The position numbers and the translations under genes are program-made. The notes below the pieces were generated by a model. The model had not been told where the DNA came from and did not search any database. It saw only the letters and a program-made list of their open reading frames with translations. This document shows, one piece after another, positions 9,440 to 20,743 of a DNA stretch of 64,000 nt (position 1 is its first letter; each line of letters begins with the position of its first letter). The stretch lies in contig CAVZYP010000004.1 of NCBI GenBank assembly GCA_963779535.1, positions 207,101-271,100 on the forward strand. The letters run 5' to 3'. This DNA is from an uncultured Thermoleophilia bacterium. Its GTDB lineage: Bacteria > Actinomycetota > Thermoleophilia > Gaiellales > Gaiellaceae.

Positions 9440-11202
9440 CAGGCCACTTCCTCGGTGAAGACGCGCTCGAGCAGGCCGTGCTCGTAGATCTCGCGATAGA
9501 CGACGTTCGTGCCGACGAGGTCGTCGTGCGCGCCGCGGGCGGCGACGCGTCCGTCCTGCAGCACGATCACTTCGTCGGCCAGCGCGATCGTCGAGAGCCG
9601 GTGGGCGATGATGATCGTCGTCCGGCCCCGCATGGCCTCGCGCAGACCGTCGCGGATCCTTGCCTCCGTGGAGGCATCCACCGACGCAGTCGCGTCGTCG
9701 AGGATCAGGATGCGAGGGTCGACGACGAGCGCGCGTGCGATCGCGACCCGCTGGCGCTGGCCGCCCGAGAGCGTGATGCCGCGCTCTCCGATCACGGTGT
9801 CGTATCCGTCAGGGAGCGCCTCGACGAAGTCGTGTGCCTGCGCGAGGCGCGCGGCACGTTCGATCTCGTCGTCGGTTGCTTCAGGGCGGCCGAAGGCGAT
9901 GTTCTCGCGGACTGTCGCAGAGAAGAGGAAGGGATCCTGCGCGATCACGCCGATCTCGCGGCGTAGCGAGGCGAGGGTCACCTCCCGCACGTCGACACCG
10001 TCGATCGAGACCGAGCCCGCCTGGACGTCGTAGAACCGCGGTACGAGCGACGCCAGGGTCGTCTTGCCGGAGCCCGTGTGCCCGATCAGCGCGACCACCC
10101 GGCCGGCGTCGAGCTCGAGGTCGATCGCCCCGAGCACGGGGCGGTCGGGGTCGTAGCCGAAAGTGACGCTGTCGAAGGTCACGCGGCCCGGGCCGGCGGG
10201 CAGCTCGCGCGCGCCGGGCTCGTCGCCGATCTCCTCAGGCTCGTCGATCACCTGGAAGATGCGCTCGCCGGACGCCGTCGCACGCTGTGCCTGGCCGATC
10301 CACATGCCGAGCGCGCGCAGCGGCAGCACCAGCATCGCGAGGTAGAGGTTGAAGCGGACGAAGCTGCCGACCGAGAGCGAGCCTTCCGCGACCATTCGGC
10401 CGCCGACGAAGAGGACGGCCGCCTGCGCGACGAGCGGCAGGAAGCTGAGCATCGGCACGTAGAACGCCCGCTGCCTGTTTGCCTTCACGCTGAGGTCGAA
10501 CACCTCTTCGGAGCGCCGCTCGAACTTCTTCTGCTCGGCCCCCTCCTGGGCGAACGACTTCACGACATGTACGCCGACGATGTTCTCCTCCGCGACCGTC
10601 GCGACGTCCGCCATCTTTTGTTGGACGTCGCGCAGGAGTGGATGCGACACGTGGCTGTAGCGGTATGCCACCGCGATCAGGAACGGCGCGATCGTGAGCG
10701 AGATCAGCGCGAGCTTCCAGTTGATGAGGAAGATGACCAGCCCGACCCCGATGATCGTGAAGGTGTGCTGGAAGAAGAAGATGAGGCCGTAGCCGAGGAA
10801 GAAGCGGACGGCCTGCAGGTCGACGGTGGCCCGGCTCATCAGCTGACCGGTCTGGTGCCGGTCGTAGAAGCCGAACGAGAGCCGGACGAGCTTCGCGTAG
10901 ATCGCGGTGCGCATGTCGAGCTCGACGTCGAGCGCCTGCTTGCCGGCGATCAGGCGGCGGCCGGCCATCATGGCGGCGCGCGCGATCCCCAGCACCAGGA
11001 TCGCCCCGATCAGCCACGGAATCTCGCTGTGCTCGTCCTTCGTCAGGGCGTTGGCGACCGATCCGGTCAGGTACACGCCGATCAGCGCTGCGGCTTGCGA
11101 GCCGATCGCGAGCACGACGGAGATCGCGGTCGACCATTTGTATGGACGAAGAAACCCGAGGAGCCTTACGAAGGTCGTGCGATAGCGAGGCGCCTCAGTC
11201 AC
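9439..11202 (-). CDS. ABC transporter permease/ATP-binding protein (exporter half-transporter, partner of the downstream gene)
   Basis: ORF 9439..11277. Walker A GHTGSGKTT, signature LSGGQRQR, Walker B ILILDDATS. Start placed at GTG 11202 (VTEAPRYRTTFVRLLGFLRPYK), which has a -10-like box 6 nt upstream; ATG 11277 is the alternative. Confidence 0.85.
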   Translation of the reverse strand: MTEAPRYRTTFVRLLGFLRPYKWSTAISVVLAIGSQAAALIGVYLTGSVANALTKDEHSEIPWLIGAILVLGIARAAMMAGRRLIAGKQALDVELDMRTAIYAKLVRLSFGFYDRHQTGQLMSRATVDLQAVRFFLGYGLIFFFQHTFTIIGVGLVIFLINWKLALISLTIAPFLIAVAYRYSHVSHPLLRDVQQKMADVATVAEENIVGVHVVKSFAQEGAEQKKFERRSEEVFDLSVKANRQRAFYVPMLSFLPLVAQAAVLFVGGRMVAEGSLSVGSFVRFNLYLAMLVLPLRALGMWIGQAQRATASGERIFQVIDEPEEIGDEPGARELPAGPGRVTFDSVTFGYDPDRPVLGAIDLELDAGRVVALIGHTGSGKTTLASLVPRFYDVQAGSVSIDGVDVREVTLASLRREIGVIAQDPFLFSATVRENIAFGRPEATDDEIERAARLAQAHDFVEALPDGYDTVIGERGITLSGGQRQRVAIARALVVDPRILILDDATASVDASTEARIRDGLREAMRGRTTIIIAHRLSTIALADEVIVLQDGRVAARGAHDDLVGTNVVYREIYEHGLLERVFTEEVA

Positions 11203-11208
11203 CCGTGG

Positions 11209-11214
11209 AGGGTA
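11209..11214 (-). promoter_or_regulatory. -10-like hexamer TACCCT (minus strand), 6 nt before GTG 11202
   Basis: Reverse complement of agggta at 11209-11214. Confidence 0.35.
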
Positions 11215-11221
11215 CCGGGCA

Positions 11222-11809
11222 TCACCGTCGTGCCAGTTCTGCGCGAATCGACACGACGGCACCCGCAACGCGGGCACGGTTCTCGGGCACGTTGAGCCAG
11301 CTCGAGGCGCCCGACGGATGCGGGAGCGGGATCACGACGGCCCCGTCGAGCTCGTAGCGGACACCGACGCTCTCGCCGACGCTGCGCACACCGAGCAGGC
11401 GGCGGGCAGCGAGGCCCCCGACGGTGACGATGAGCGCGGGCTCCAGCAGGCGGAGCTCTTCGTCTCGCCAGCGCTCGCAGAGGCGCTGCTCCGCGAGCGA
11501 CGGCGTGCGGTCGCCGCGTCCCGAGGCCGGCCGGCCCGGATAGCAGCGGGTCACCGACGCGCAGTAGAACGTGGCGTAGAACTCCGCTTCGTCGAGCTCG
11601 AGCCAGCGGCGGAGTGTCTTGCCCGCTCGTCCGCGCCACGGCCGCCGTTCTTCGCCCTCGACGACGCCGGGTGCCTGGCCGAAGAGGTAGGCACGCTGCC
11701 CGGAGCCGGGCGCGAGCACCGGAAGTGACTCGAGCCGGTAGCCGGCCTCGACGCAGGCGCGGCAGGCCGACTGCGCTCGCTTCAGGGCCGCCAGTGAGCG
11801 ATCGCTCAC
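11222..11809 (-). CDS. Uracil-DNA glycosylase superfamily protein
   Basis: C-terminal part of composite ORF 11222..12928. Motifs LFGQAPG and PLPHPSGAS are UDG motif A/B-like. GTG 11809 overlaps the upstream stop (GTGA). Confidence 0.7.
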   Translation of the reverse strand: MSDRSLAALKRAQSACRACVEAGYRLESLPVLAPGSGQRAYLFGQAPGVVEGEERRPWRGRAGKTLRRWLELDEAEFYATFYCASVTRCYPGRPASGRGDRTPSLAEQRLCERWRDEELRLLEPALIVTVGGLAARRLLGVRSVGESVGVRYELDGAVVIPLPHPSGASSWLNVPENRARVAGAVVSIRAELARR

Positions 11810-12397
11810 GTCACCGAGCGGGCGACGACGAACCAGTGGCCCGCGTGGAGCACGTCGCCGCCGAGCTCGCCGGCCAGGGTCTCCGGCTCGAACACCCGCT
11901 TGAAGACCGGCCAGCGAGAGCCGTCCTGCAGCACCCGCTCCTCCCAGCGTTCGAGCGGCTCGTCGGGGCCCGGGTCGGCTGGCGAACACGATCAGCTCTG
12001 GCGCGACCCGACGCGCCTCGGCGAGGAACCGGAGACGCTCGGGCTCTTCGAGGTGGCAGTAGAAGAAGCTCGCGTGCACGCGGCCGAAGCTCGCGTTCGG
12101 AAAAGGCAGCTCGAGCGCGTCACCGACCACGAACTCGGCTTGCGGGAGACGGTCGCGGGCGATCGCGATCATGGAGGCGCTCTGGTCGAGCCCGACCACG
12201 TCGCCGGCAAGATGCTGCGTGATGAACCCGGTGCCGCAGGCGATGTCGAGCGTCCTTGCGGGCGGGAGCGCGCCGAGGACAGCCCCCACTGCTTCGAGCT
12301 CCTCCTCCCAGCCCGGACGCTCCCGGCCGGCGAAGAGCCCGCGTCCGAGCCACCAGTCGTCGTATTCCGGCGCGCGCCGGTCGTAGTACTCCTTCAC
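11806..12397 (-). CDS. Class I SAM-dependent methyltransferase; one extra base near 11968-11989 as sequenced
   Basis: VKEYYDRRAPEYDDWW...LDIACGTGFIT (motif I)...ELIVFAS, then the frame changes to ADPGPDEPLERWEERVLQDGSRWPVFKRVFEPETLAGELGGDVLHAGHWFVVARSVT-stop. Span is 3n+1. Confidence 0.75.
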
Positions 12398-12403
12398 GGC
12401 TCC

Positions 12404-12409
12404 TAGAGT
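12404..12409 (+). promoter_or_regulatory. -10-like hexamer TAGAGT, 7 nt before GTG 12417
   Basis: Lies in the 19-nt gap between divergent start codons. Confidence 0.45.
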
Positions 12410-12410
12410 A
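12405..12410 (-). promoter_or_regulatory. -10-like hexamer TACTCT (minus strand), 7 nt before GTG 12397
   Basis: Reverse complement of agagta. Overlaps the plus-strand TAGAGT box in 5 of 6 positions. Confidence 0.4.
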
Positions 12411-12416
12411 CGAACT

Positions 12417-13302
12417 GTGCTGCCTCTCGAGTCGGTTCCCAACTTCAGTGCGGGCCGCGACCAGGCGACGATCGATGAGATCGGCTCGGCGCTCGGCGCA
12501 CACGCGCGCTTGCTGGACGTGCACGCGGATGCCGACCACAACCGCTCGGTGTTCACCCTGGTCGGGACCGAGACCGAGCTCGGCGATGCGTTGCTCGCGG
12601 GAATCGCGGTGGCCGCCGAGCGAATCGACCTGCGCACGCACGAGGGAGCACACCCGCGGATCGGCGCGGCCGACGTCGTGCCGATCGTCCCGCTCACGGC
12701 CCGAGGATCTCGACCGCGCACACGCGGCGGCGCGAGCGGTGGGCGCGCGGATCGGAGCCGAGCTCGGACTGCCCGTGTTCGTCTACGCACCGCCCGAACG
12801 CGGCCCGGCGTTCTATCGGCGCGGCGGAACGGCCGGGTTGCAGCAACGCCTGGACGCGGGCGAGCTCGCACCCGACTACGGGCCGTCGCGGCTGCACGAG
12901 ACGGCCGGAGGGGTGATCGTCGGCGCACGGAGGCCGCTGATCGCCTTCAACGTCAACCTGCGTGGCGACGTGAGTGTGGCGCGCGAGATCGCCGCAGTCG
13001 TGCGCGAGAAAGGCGGCGGCTTTCCCGGCGTGCGTGCACTCGGCCTCGATCTGCCCAGGGCGAAGCTCGTGCAGGTGTCGATGAACGTCGAGGATTGGGA
13101 GGCGTCGGCGCTGCACGAGATCGTCGCGCGAGTCGATGCGGAGGCAACGATGCGCGGCGCCGAGGTTGTCGGATCTGAGCTCGTGGGTCTCATGCCCGCC
13201 GGGGCCGCCGCCGCAGCGGCCGGCGCGGTGCTCAGGATCGACGGGTTCGATGCGGCGCACGTGCTCGAGCTGCGCGCGGCCCTGCCGTGGCCCCCGAACT
13301 AG
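12417..13302 (+). CDS. Glutamate formimidoyltransferase (FtcD transferase domain only); one extra base near 12693-12706 as sequenced
   Basis: MLPLESVPNFSAGRD...HNRSVFTLVG...HPRIGAADVVPIVPLT, then the frame changes to RPEDLDRAHAAARAVGARIGAELGLPVFVY...LIAFNVNL...VRALGL. Sits at the head of the hut operon. Confidence 0.8.
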
Positions 13303-13305
13303 ACT
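13300..13305 (+). promoter_or_regulatory. -10-like hexamer TAGACT (includes the TAG stop of the preceding gene), 6 nt before GTG 13312
   Basis: Stop codon and hexamer share bases 13300-13302. Confidence 0.4.
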
Positions 13306-13311
13306 CGGGCC

Positions 13312-14854
13312 GTGACCGCGACGCATGCCCTGACGGGCGACGACCTCTCTCTCGACGACGTGTGGGCGATCGCGGTCGAACGGCAGCCGGCGTCGCTGCT
13401 GTCCGACGCTGCACGGCGACCAGATGCGCGCGGCCCGCTCCGTCGTCGAGGCGGTGGCGCACGGGGCCCACGAGCACACCTACGGCGTGAACACGGGCTT
13501 CGGCAGGTTCGTCTCCAAGTCGATCCCCGAGGAGCAGACCGAGGAGCTGCAGCTGCGACTCCTCCGGTCGCATGCGTGCGGCGTCGGCGAGCCCTATCCC
13601 GATCCTGTCGTGCGAGCCGCGATGCTGCTGCGCGCCAACGCGCTTGCGAAAGGGAACTCCGGCGCTCGCGTCGAGACCGTCGAGCTGCTGCTCGAGTGCC
13701 TGAACCGCGGCGTTCTGCCCTTCGTGCCCGCACGCGGCTCCGTCGGTGCGTCGGGGGACCTCGCGCCCCTCGCGCATCTTGCTCTGCCGCTCGTCGGTGA
13801 GGGTCAGGCCTGGTGGGAGGGCGAGCTGCTCGACGGCGCCGACGCGCTCGCGCGCGCCGGCCTCGAGCCGGTGCGCCTGCTCGCAAAGGAAGGGCTCTCG
13901 CTGATCAACGGGACGCAGTTCATGGCGGCTCAAGGAGCGCTCGCGCTGGTTCGGGCCCGGCGGCTCGCCCGCGTGGCCGACTGCGTGTGTGCGCTGTCGC
14001 TCGAGGCGCTGCAAGGCTCGCGTAACTCCTTCATCCCGCAGGTGCACGCTCTGCGGCCGCTCCGCGGTCAGGCGGCGTCTGCGCGCAACGTCCTGCGTCT
14101 GCTCGACGATTCGGCGATCAGCGAGTCGCATCGCTGGTGCGACAAGGTGCAGGACGCATACTCGCTTCGCTGCGCGCCCCAGGTGCACGGAGCGTGCCGC
14201 GACCTGCTCGACTATGTCGACTACACCGTCTCGACGGAACTGAACTCGGCGACCGACAACCCGCTCGTCCTCGTCGAGGACGAGATGCTCGTCTCCGCCG
14301 GCAACTTTCACGGCCAGCCGCTCGCGTTTGCGCTCGATGCGCTCGCGATGGCCGTCGCCGAGCTTGCGAGCATCTCCGAGCGGCGCGTCGAGCGTCTCGT
14401 CAACCCCAACCTGAGCGACGGCCTCCCGGCCTTTCTCACGACCGACGGCGGGCTGAACTCCGGGTTCATGATCCCGCAGTACGTCGCCGCAGCGCTCGTC
14501 TCCGAGAACAAGTCGTTGTGCCATCCCGCGTCGGTCGATTCCATTCCGACGAGTGCAGGCCAGGAGGACCACGTGTCCATGGGCAACGCCTCCGGCCTGA
14601 AGGCCTGGCAGGTCGTCGCGAACAGCGAGCGGGCGCTCGCGATCGAGCTTCTGGCCGCCACCCAGGCGGTCGAGTTCCTGGCGCCACTCGAGCCCGGCCG
14701 CGGCGGACGTGCGACGCGCGCGTTCGTCAGGTCGTTGTCGCCGCGCCTCCGCGACGACCGGTCGCTCAGCTCGGACATCGAGGCGGTCGCAGCGACGATC
14801 CGGGACGGGTCGCTGATCGCCGCCGTCGAGGCGGAGGTGGGTGACCTCGAATGA
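13312..14854 (+). CDS. hutH: Histidine ammonia-lyase; one extra base near 13405-13424 as sequenced
   Basis: N-terminus [21 protein letters not shown] in frame 1, then ORF 13424..14854. Motifs YGVNTGFG and [14 protein letters not shown] (Ala-Ser-Gly MIO motif), then the lyase core through to the end. Confidence 0.9.
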
Positions 14855-15101
14855 GCCGCCGCTTGCAATGGGGCTTGCCGGAGACGCCGCGGCCGAAGCA
14901 CCCGTACCGCGACACGCTGATCGTGTACGGCGCGCTTGCGCTCCTGATCGTGCTGGTGGCCTGGCTGACGAACGGAGCGGTGGGGAAGGCCGCCGTGATC
15001 GCCGCGTTCTTCTTCATCGTCGCCTCGGCGTGGAGCCTCTACCGCTGGCGCAGCCGGCTGCGTGCGGAGGCGGCTGCGCAACGCGCCACGGAGGCCGAGC
15101 T

Positions 15102-15105
<4 letters not shown>
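14851..15105 (+). CDS. Small membrane protein (84 aa, two predicted TM helices) inside the hut operon
   Basis: ATGA overlap with the hutH stop and GTGA overlap with the hutU start. Hydrophobic stretches [17 protein letters not shown] and [17 protein letters not shown]. Confidence 0.5.
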
Positions 15106-16805
<1,700 letters not shown>

Positions 16806-16809
16806 CCGC

Positions 16810-18051
16810 ATGGCCCAGCCCGCCGCCCGGGGCACGACACGGCTGCTCGTTCGCGACCTCGTGCAGGTGGTGACGCCCGCTGCCGGAACGCTGCCGCGCC
16901 GTGGGGCCGAGCTCGGGGCTGTCGACGTGATCGACGATGCGTTCGTTCTCTGCGACGGCGACCGGATCGCGGCGGTCGGGCGCATGCGCGACCTGCCTGC
17001 GCTCGACGGTGAGCTCGAGGAGCTCGACGGTCGCGGTCTCTGCGCGATCCCGGGCCTCGTCGACTGCCACACGCACCCGGCGTGGGGCGGCGACCGGGTC
17101 GACGAGTTCTCGCTCCGCGCCGCCGGGGCGAGCTACGAGGAGCTGCACGCTGCCGGCGGCGGGATCCTCTCGACAGTCCGCTCGACGCGCGCGCTCGGCG
17201 CCGACGGCCTGCGCGAGCGGGTCGAGCGCCACGCCGGGTGGTTCCTCGCCCACGGCACGACCACGTGGGAGGGCAAGTCGGGCTACGGGCTCGACCGGGA
17301 AACGGAGCTCGCGTCGCTGCGAGCCGTGCGCGCTGCAGGTGGCTTCCCGACCTGGCTCGGCGCGCACTCGGTGCCGCCGGAGTTCACCGACGCCGACGCC
17401 TACCTCGACTACGCGCTGGCCGATGTGCTGCCCGAGGCGGCCGAGCTCGCCGACGCCGCGGACGTGTTCCTCGAGCGCGGGGCCTTCGACGCCCGCCAGG
17501 CTCGCCGCTATCTCGTGGCGTGTGGCGATGCCGGGCTCGCGTTGCGGCTGCACGGTGATCAGTTCACCGAGAGCGGGGCCGTGCCGCTGGCAGTGGAGGT
17601 GGGCGCGCGCTCGGTCGATCATCTCGAGGCGACGGGGGACGACGGTGTGCGGCTCCTGGCGAAGCACGACGTCGTCGGCGTGCTGCTGCCCGCGAGCGCA
17701 CTGTTTCTCGACCGGCCGATGCCGCCCGCCCGCGCGCTGGCCGATGCAGGCGCGCCGCTCGCGCTCGCGACCGACTTCAACCCGGGCAGTGCGTTCACGG
17801 CCGGCCTCCCGCTCATCTGCTCGCTCGCCTGCACGCAGCTCAAGCTCAGCCCGGAGGAAGCGCTGACCGCTGTGACGGTCAATGCGGCGCAGATCCTGGG
17901 GCTCGCGGACGACCGCGGACGCATCGCGCCCGGCCAACGGGCTGACCTGACGCTCCTCGGCGCGCCCGACTGGCGCTACCTCGCCTATCACCTGGCCGGC
18001 GACGTCGTCGCGGCCGTCGTGCGCGGCGGCTCGCTCGTTCTGCGGCGCTAA
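16810..18051 (+). CDS. hutI: Imidazolonepropionase
   Basis: ATG 16810 within ORF 16717..18051. Motifs PGLVDCHTHP, GTTTWEGKSGYGL, RLHGDQF and ATDFNPGS. Confidence 0.9.
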   Translation: MAQPAARGTTRLLVRDLVQVVTPAAGTLPRRGAELGAVDVIDDAFVLCDGDRIAAVGRMRDLPALDGELEELDGRGLCAIPGLVDCHTHPAWGGDRVDEFSLRAAGASYEELHAAGGGILSTVRSTRALGADGLRERVERHAGWFLAHGTTTWEGKSGYGLDRETELASLRAVRAAGGFPTWLGAHSVPPEFTDADAYLDYALADVLPEAAELADAADVFLERGAFDARQARRYLVACGDAGLALRLHGDQFTESGAVPLAVEVGARSVDHLEATGDDGVRLLAKHDVVGVLLPASALFLDRPMPPARALADAGAPLALATDFNPGSAFTAGLPLICSLACTQLKLSPEEALTAVTVNAAQILGLADDRGRIAPGQRADLTLLGAPDWRYLAYHLAGDVVAAVVRGGSLVLRR

Positions 18052-18054
18052 CCT
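18049..18054 (+). promoter_or_regulatory. -10-like hexamer TAACCT (includes the hutI TAA stop), 5 nt before ATG 18060
   Basis: Same stop-in-hexamer layout as other junctions, but the spacer is slightly short. Confidence 0.3.
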
Positions 18055-18059
18055 GCGGC

Positions 18060-18485
18060 ATGCCCACGCGCAAGCAGCGGCGTCGCCGCAGCAAGGACTT
18101 CCGGCACGACGTCCGAGTCTTCGAGGTCGACGAAGAGGGAAACGAGGTGCCGATCGCCGAACTGCGCGCACGCGAAGAGAAGCCGAAGGTGGCGGCCCAG
18201 ACAAAGGGCAAGCAGAAACAGCCGTCGCGGACGAAGAGCGGACGGCCCATCCGCGAAGTCTCACCGCCGTCGTGGGAGCGGGCGTTCAAGCGGGGCGGTG
18301 CGATGGGCGCGCTGATGCTGGTTGCGTTCCTCTTCCTGTTCAAGAGCGCGCCGTTGGGCCTGCGGGTGGCGTGGGGCGCCTTCTACGCCCTCGCGTTCAT
18401 CCCCCTGACGTACTGGATCGACCGCACGGCCTATCGCACCTACCTGCGGCGGAGCGCCCGTCAGTCGTCCGGCAAGAAGCCCTAG
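18060..18485 (+). CDS. Hypothetical membrane protein with a highly basic N-terminus
   Basis: 141-aa ORF. K/R-rich first 75 residues, then two hydrophobic helices (GALMLVAFLFLF, AFYALAFIPLTYWI). I recognise no family. Confidence 0.5.
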   Translation: MPTRKQRRRRSKDFRHDVRVFEVDEEGNEVPIAELRAREEKPKVAAQTKGKQKQPSRTKSGRPIREVSPPSWERAFKRGGAMGALMLVAFLFLFKSAPLGLRVAWGAFYALAFIPLTYWIDRTAYRTYLRRSARQSSGKKP

Positions 18486-18818
18486 TCAGCCGGAGCCGCG
18501 GTAGTGGCCCGCACCGGGCCACGGCGCAAGGAGCAGCAGCACGCGAGCACCGGCGTCGCTGCGTAGGGCGTGCCGCTCGTCGGGCTCGAACCGAGTCAGC
18601 GTGCCGCGGCCGACAGCGATCGTCTCGGCGCCCGCACTGATCTCGACCTCGCCCTCGAGCACGGTGATCCACGCGTTCTCCTTCACCTGGTGCTCGCCGA
18701 GCGACTGGCCGGGGCTGAGCACGATCAGGATCGCGCGCGCGCCGTCGTCCGAGTGGAGGACGATCGGGTCGCGCGTGCCTTCAGGGGCATCGAGTTCGAG
18801 GAGGTCCCAGCGCTGCAC
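18486..18818 (-). CDS. Cupin domain protein
   Basis: C-terminal 110 codons of ORF 18486..19529: VQRWDLLELD...GEHQVKENAWITVLEGEVEI...RHALRSD. The rest of that ORF is antisense to the MBL gene. Confidence 0.55.
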   Translation of the reverse strand: MQRWDLLELDAPEGTRDPIVLHSDDGARAILIVLSPGQSLGEHQVKENAWITVLEGEVEISAGAETIAVGRGTLTRFEPDERHALRSDAGARVLLLLAPWPGAGHYRGSG

Positions 18819-18824
18819 CGAGAA

Positions 18825-18830
18825 AGCGTA
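18825..18830 (-). promoter_or_regulatory. -10-like hexamer TACGCT (minus strand), 6 nt before GTG 18818
   Basis: Reverse complement of agcgta at 18825-18830. Confidence 0.35.
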
Positions 18831-18842
18831 TCGAAGCGCGGA

Positions 18843-18848
18843 TACACT
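18843..18848 (+). promoter_or_regulatory. -10-like hexamer TACACT, 12 nt before ATG 18861
   Basis: Longer spacer than the other cases, so this would give a short leader rather than a leaderless start. Confidence 0.3.
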
Positions 18849-18860
18849 CAAACGCTGCTC

Positions 18861-19502
18861 ATGCCGCTCGCCGTCGACAGCTTCGTCATGGGACCTTTCC
18901 AATCGAATTGCTACGTCGTGCGGAGCGAGCGCGGGGCGTCCGAGGCGGTCGTCATCGATCCCGGCGCCGACCCGACCGAGCTTCGGCTCGAGCTCGCGCG
19001 TCTCGGGTCGCGGGCCGCGGGCATCCTCGTGACGCACACCGATGTGGATCACATCGGCGGCGTCGCGGCGCTTGCGGACGGGACCGGCGCGGAGGTGTGG
19101 GCGCCCGCGGGTGAGGTCGAGGCGCTGCGCAGCGGAGAGACGCGGGGGGCGATGCGCGTCCCGCCCCACGAGCCGGCGCACACCGTCGCGGGTGGCGACG
19201 AGGTCGCCGTCGCGGGTCTCACGTTCGAGGTGATCGACGTTCCCGGTCATTCCGCCGGCCACGTCGCCTTCCACACGGGCGGTGAGCTCTTCTCGGGCGA
19301 CCTGCTGTTCGCGGGCTCGGTCGGCCGTGTCGATCTGCCGGGAGGGGACTGGGAGACGCTGCTCGACTCGGTGCGGGCGCTCCTCGACCGGCTTCCGCCC
19401 GAAACGGTCGTTCGTCCCGGGCACGGTCCGGCAACCACGCTTGGCCGCGAGCTCGAGACGAACCCCTTCCTGCGTGAGCTGCGCTCCGAGCGGGCGCCGT
19501 AG
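18861..19502 (+). CDS. MBL-fold metallo-hydrolase (glyoxalase II-like)
   Basis: ATG 18861 within ORF 18570..19502. Motifs THTDVDHIGG (HxHxDH), PGHSAGH and RPGHG. Confidence 0.85.
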   Translation: MPLAVDSFVMGPFQSNCYVVRSERGASEAVVIDPGADPTELRLELARLGSRAAGILVTHTDVDHIGGVAALADGTGAEVWAPAGEVEALRSGETRGAMRVPPHEPAHTVAGGDEVAVAGLTFEVIDVPGHSAGHVAFHTGGELFSGDLLFAGSVGRVDLPGGDWETLLDSVRALLDRLPPETVVRPGHGPATTLGRELETNPFLRELRSERAP

Positions 19503-19504
19503 GC

Positions 19505-20743
19505 GTGGCGGAGCAGAGGTTCCAGGCACCGCGCGGCACGCACGACGTGCTGCCGAGCGACGCGGCGTGGTGGCAGCTCGTTCGCATGATGGAGGAGGTG
19601 ACCGCGCTCTACGGCTGGCGCCGCATCCAGACGCCCGGCTTCGAAGACACAGGGCTCTTCACGCGCACCTCCGGAGCCGCGTCCGATCTCGTGCACAAGG
19701 AGATGTACAACTTCACCGACCGGAGCGACCGGCCGCTGACGCTGCGTCCCGAGGGCACGGCGCCGATCTGCCGGGCGTACCTCGAGCACGGCATGCATCG
19801 CGAGCCGCAGCCGGTGAAGGCCTACATGATCGCACCGATGTACCGCTACGGCGCACCGGGGCGCGGCCGCCACCGCGAGCATTACCAACTGTCGGTCGAG
19901 GCGATCGGCAGCGCCGATCCTGCGATCGACGCGGAGATCATCGAGCTCTATCGCGAGCTGCTGCGGCGACTCGGCGTCACCCGGTGGGAGCTCCGTCTGA
20001 ACTCGATCGGAGACGCGAGGTGCCGCCCGCAGTACGTCGAGCGCCTGAACGCCTGGCTCGACGAGCACGCAGACCTGCTCGACGACGACGCACGGCACAA
20101 GCGTGCGACGAGCCCGCTGCAGGTGTTCGACGTCAAGTCCCCGTCCGTGCGCGCCGCGCTCGAGGATGCGCCCAAGATCGGCGAGTCGTTGTGCGAGGAG
20201 TGCCGCAGCCACTTCGCTGCCGTCTGCCGTCAGCTCGACCTCTACGGCGTGCCGTACGTCATCGACCCGACGCTGGTGCGTGGGCTGGACTACTACTCAC
20301 GCACGACGTTCGAGTTCATCGGGCCGGATGAGAACGCCAACTCGACGATCTGCGGCGGCGGCCGCTACGACGGGCTCATCGAGCAGATCGGCGGCCCACC
20401 GACCCCTGCGATCGGCTTCGGCGCCGGGCTCGAGCGCCTCCTGCTCGCACTCGCGAACGAAGGAGTCACCGTCGCGCCGCAGGGCGTTCAGGTGTTCTTC
20501 GTCGTGGACGACCCCGCGCTCCGAGACGACGCGCTGCAGGCACTCGCCGACCTGAGGCGAGCCGGGATCTCAGCCGACACCGACTATGCCGGACGGTCGT
20601 TCAAGGGGCAGCTGACGCAGGCCGCCCGCAGCGGCGCCGGCACGGTCGTGATCGCTCGCGCAGGCGGCACGACGATCAATCGGGACGGACGCGGCGAGCA
20701 GCCGATCCTGCTCTCTGAGGTCGTCGCTACGCTCACGGCGTGA
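19505..20743 (+). CDS. hisS: Histidine--tRNA ligase
   Basis: 412-aa ORF. Motifs RGTHDVLP, LRPEGTAP, YRYGAPGRGRHREHYQ and GGGRYDGL. Confidence 0.95.
   Translation: MAEQRFQAPRGTHDVLPSDAAWWQLVRMMEEVTALYGWRRIQTPGFEDTGLFTRTSGAASDLVHKEMYNFTDRSDRPLTLRPEGTAPICRAYLEHGMHREPQPVKAYMIAPMYRYGAPGRGRHREHYQLSVEAIGSADPAIDAEIIELYRELLRRLGVTRWELRLNSIGDARCRPQYVERLNAWLDEHADLLDDDARHKRATSPLQVFDVKSPSVRAALEDAPKIGESLCEECRSHFAAVCRQLDLYGVPYVIDPTLVRGLDYYSRTTFEFIGPDENANSTICGGGRYDGLIEQIGGPPTPAIGFGAGLERLLLALANEGVTVAPQGVQVFFVVDDPALRDDALQALADLRRAGISADTDYAGRSFKGQLTQAARSGAGTVVIARAGGTTINRDGRGEQPILLSEVVATLTA

Noticed and set aside
11222-12928. 568-aa minus-strand ORF
   Set aside because: It is a composite of the UDG-family gene, most of the methyltransferase gene, and an antisense read through the formiminotransferase gene. 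I resolved it into two overlapping CDSs.
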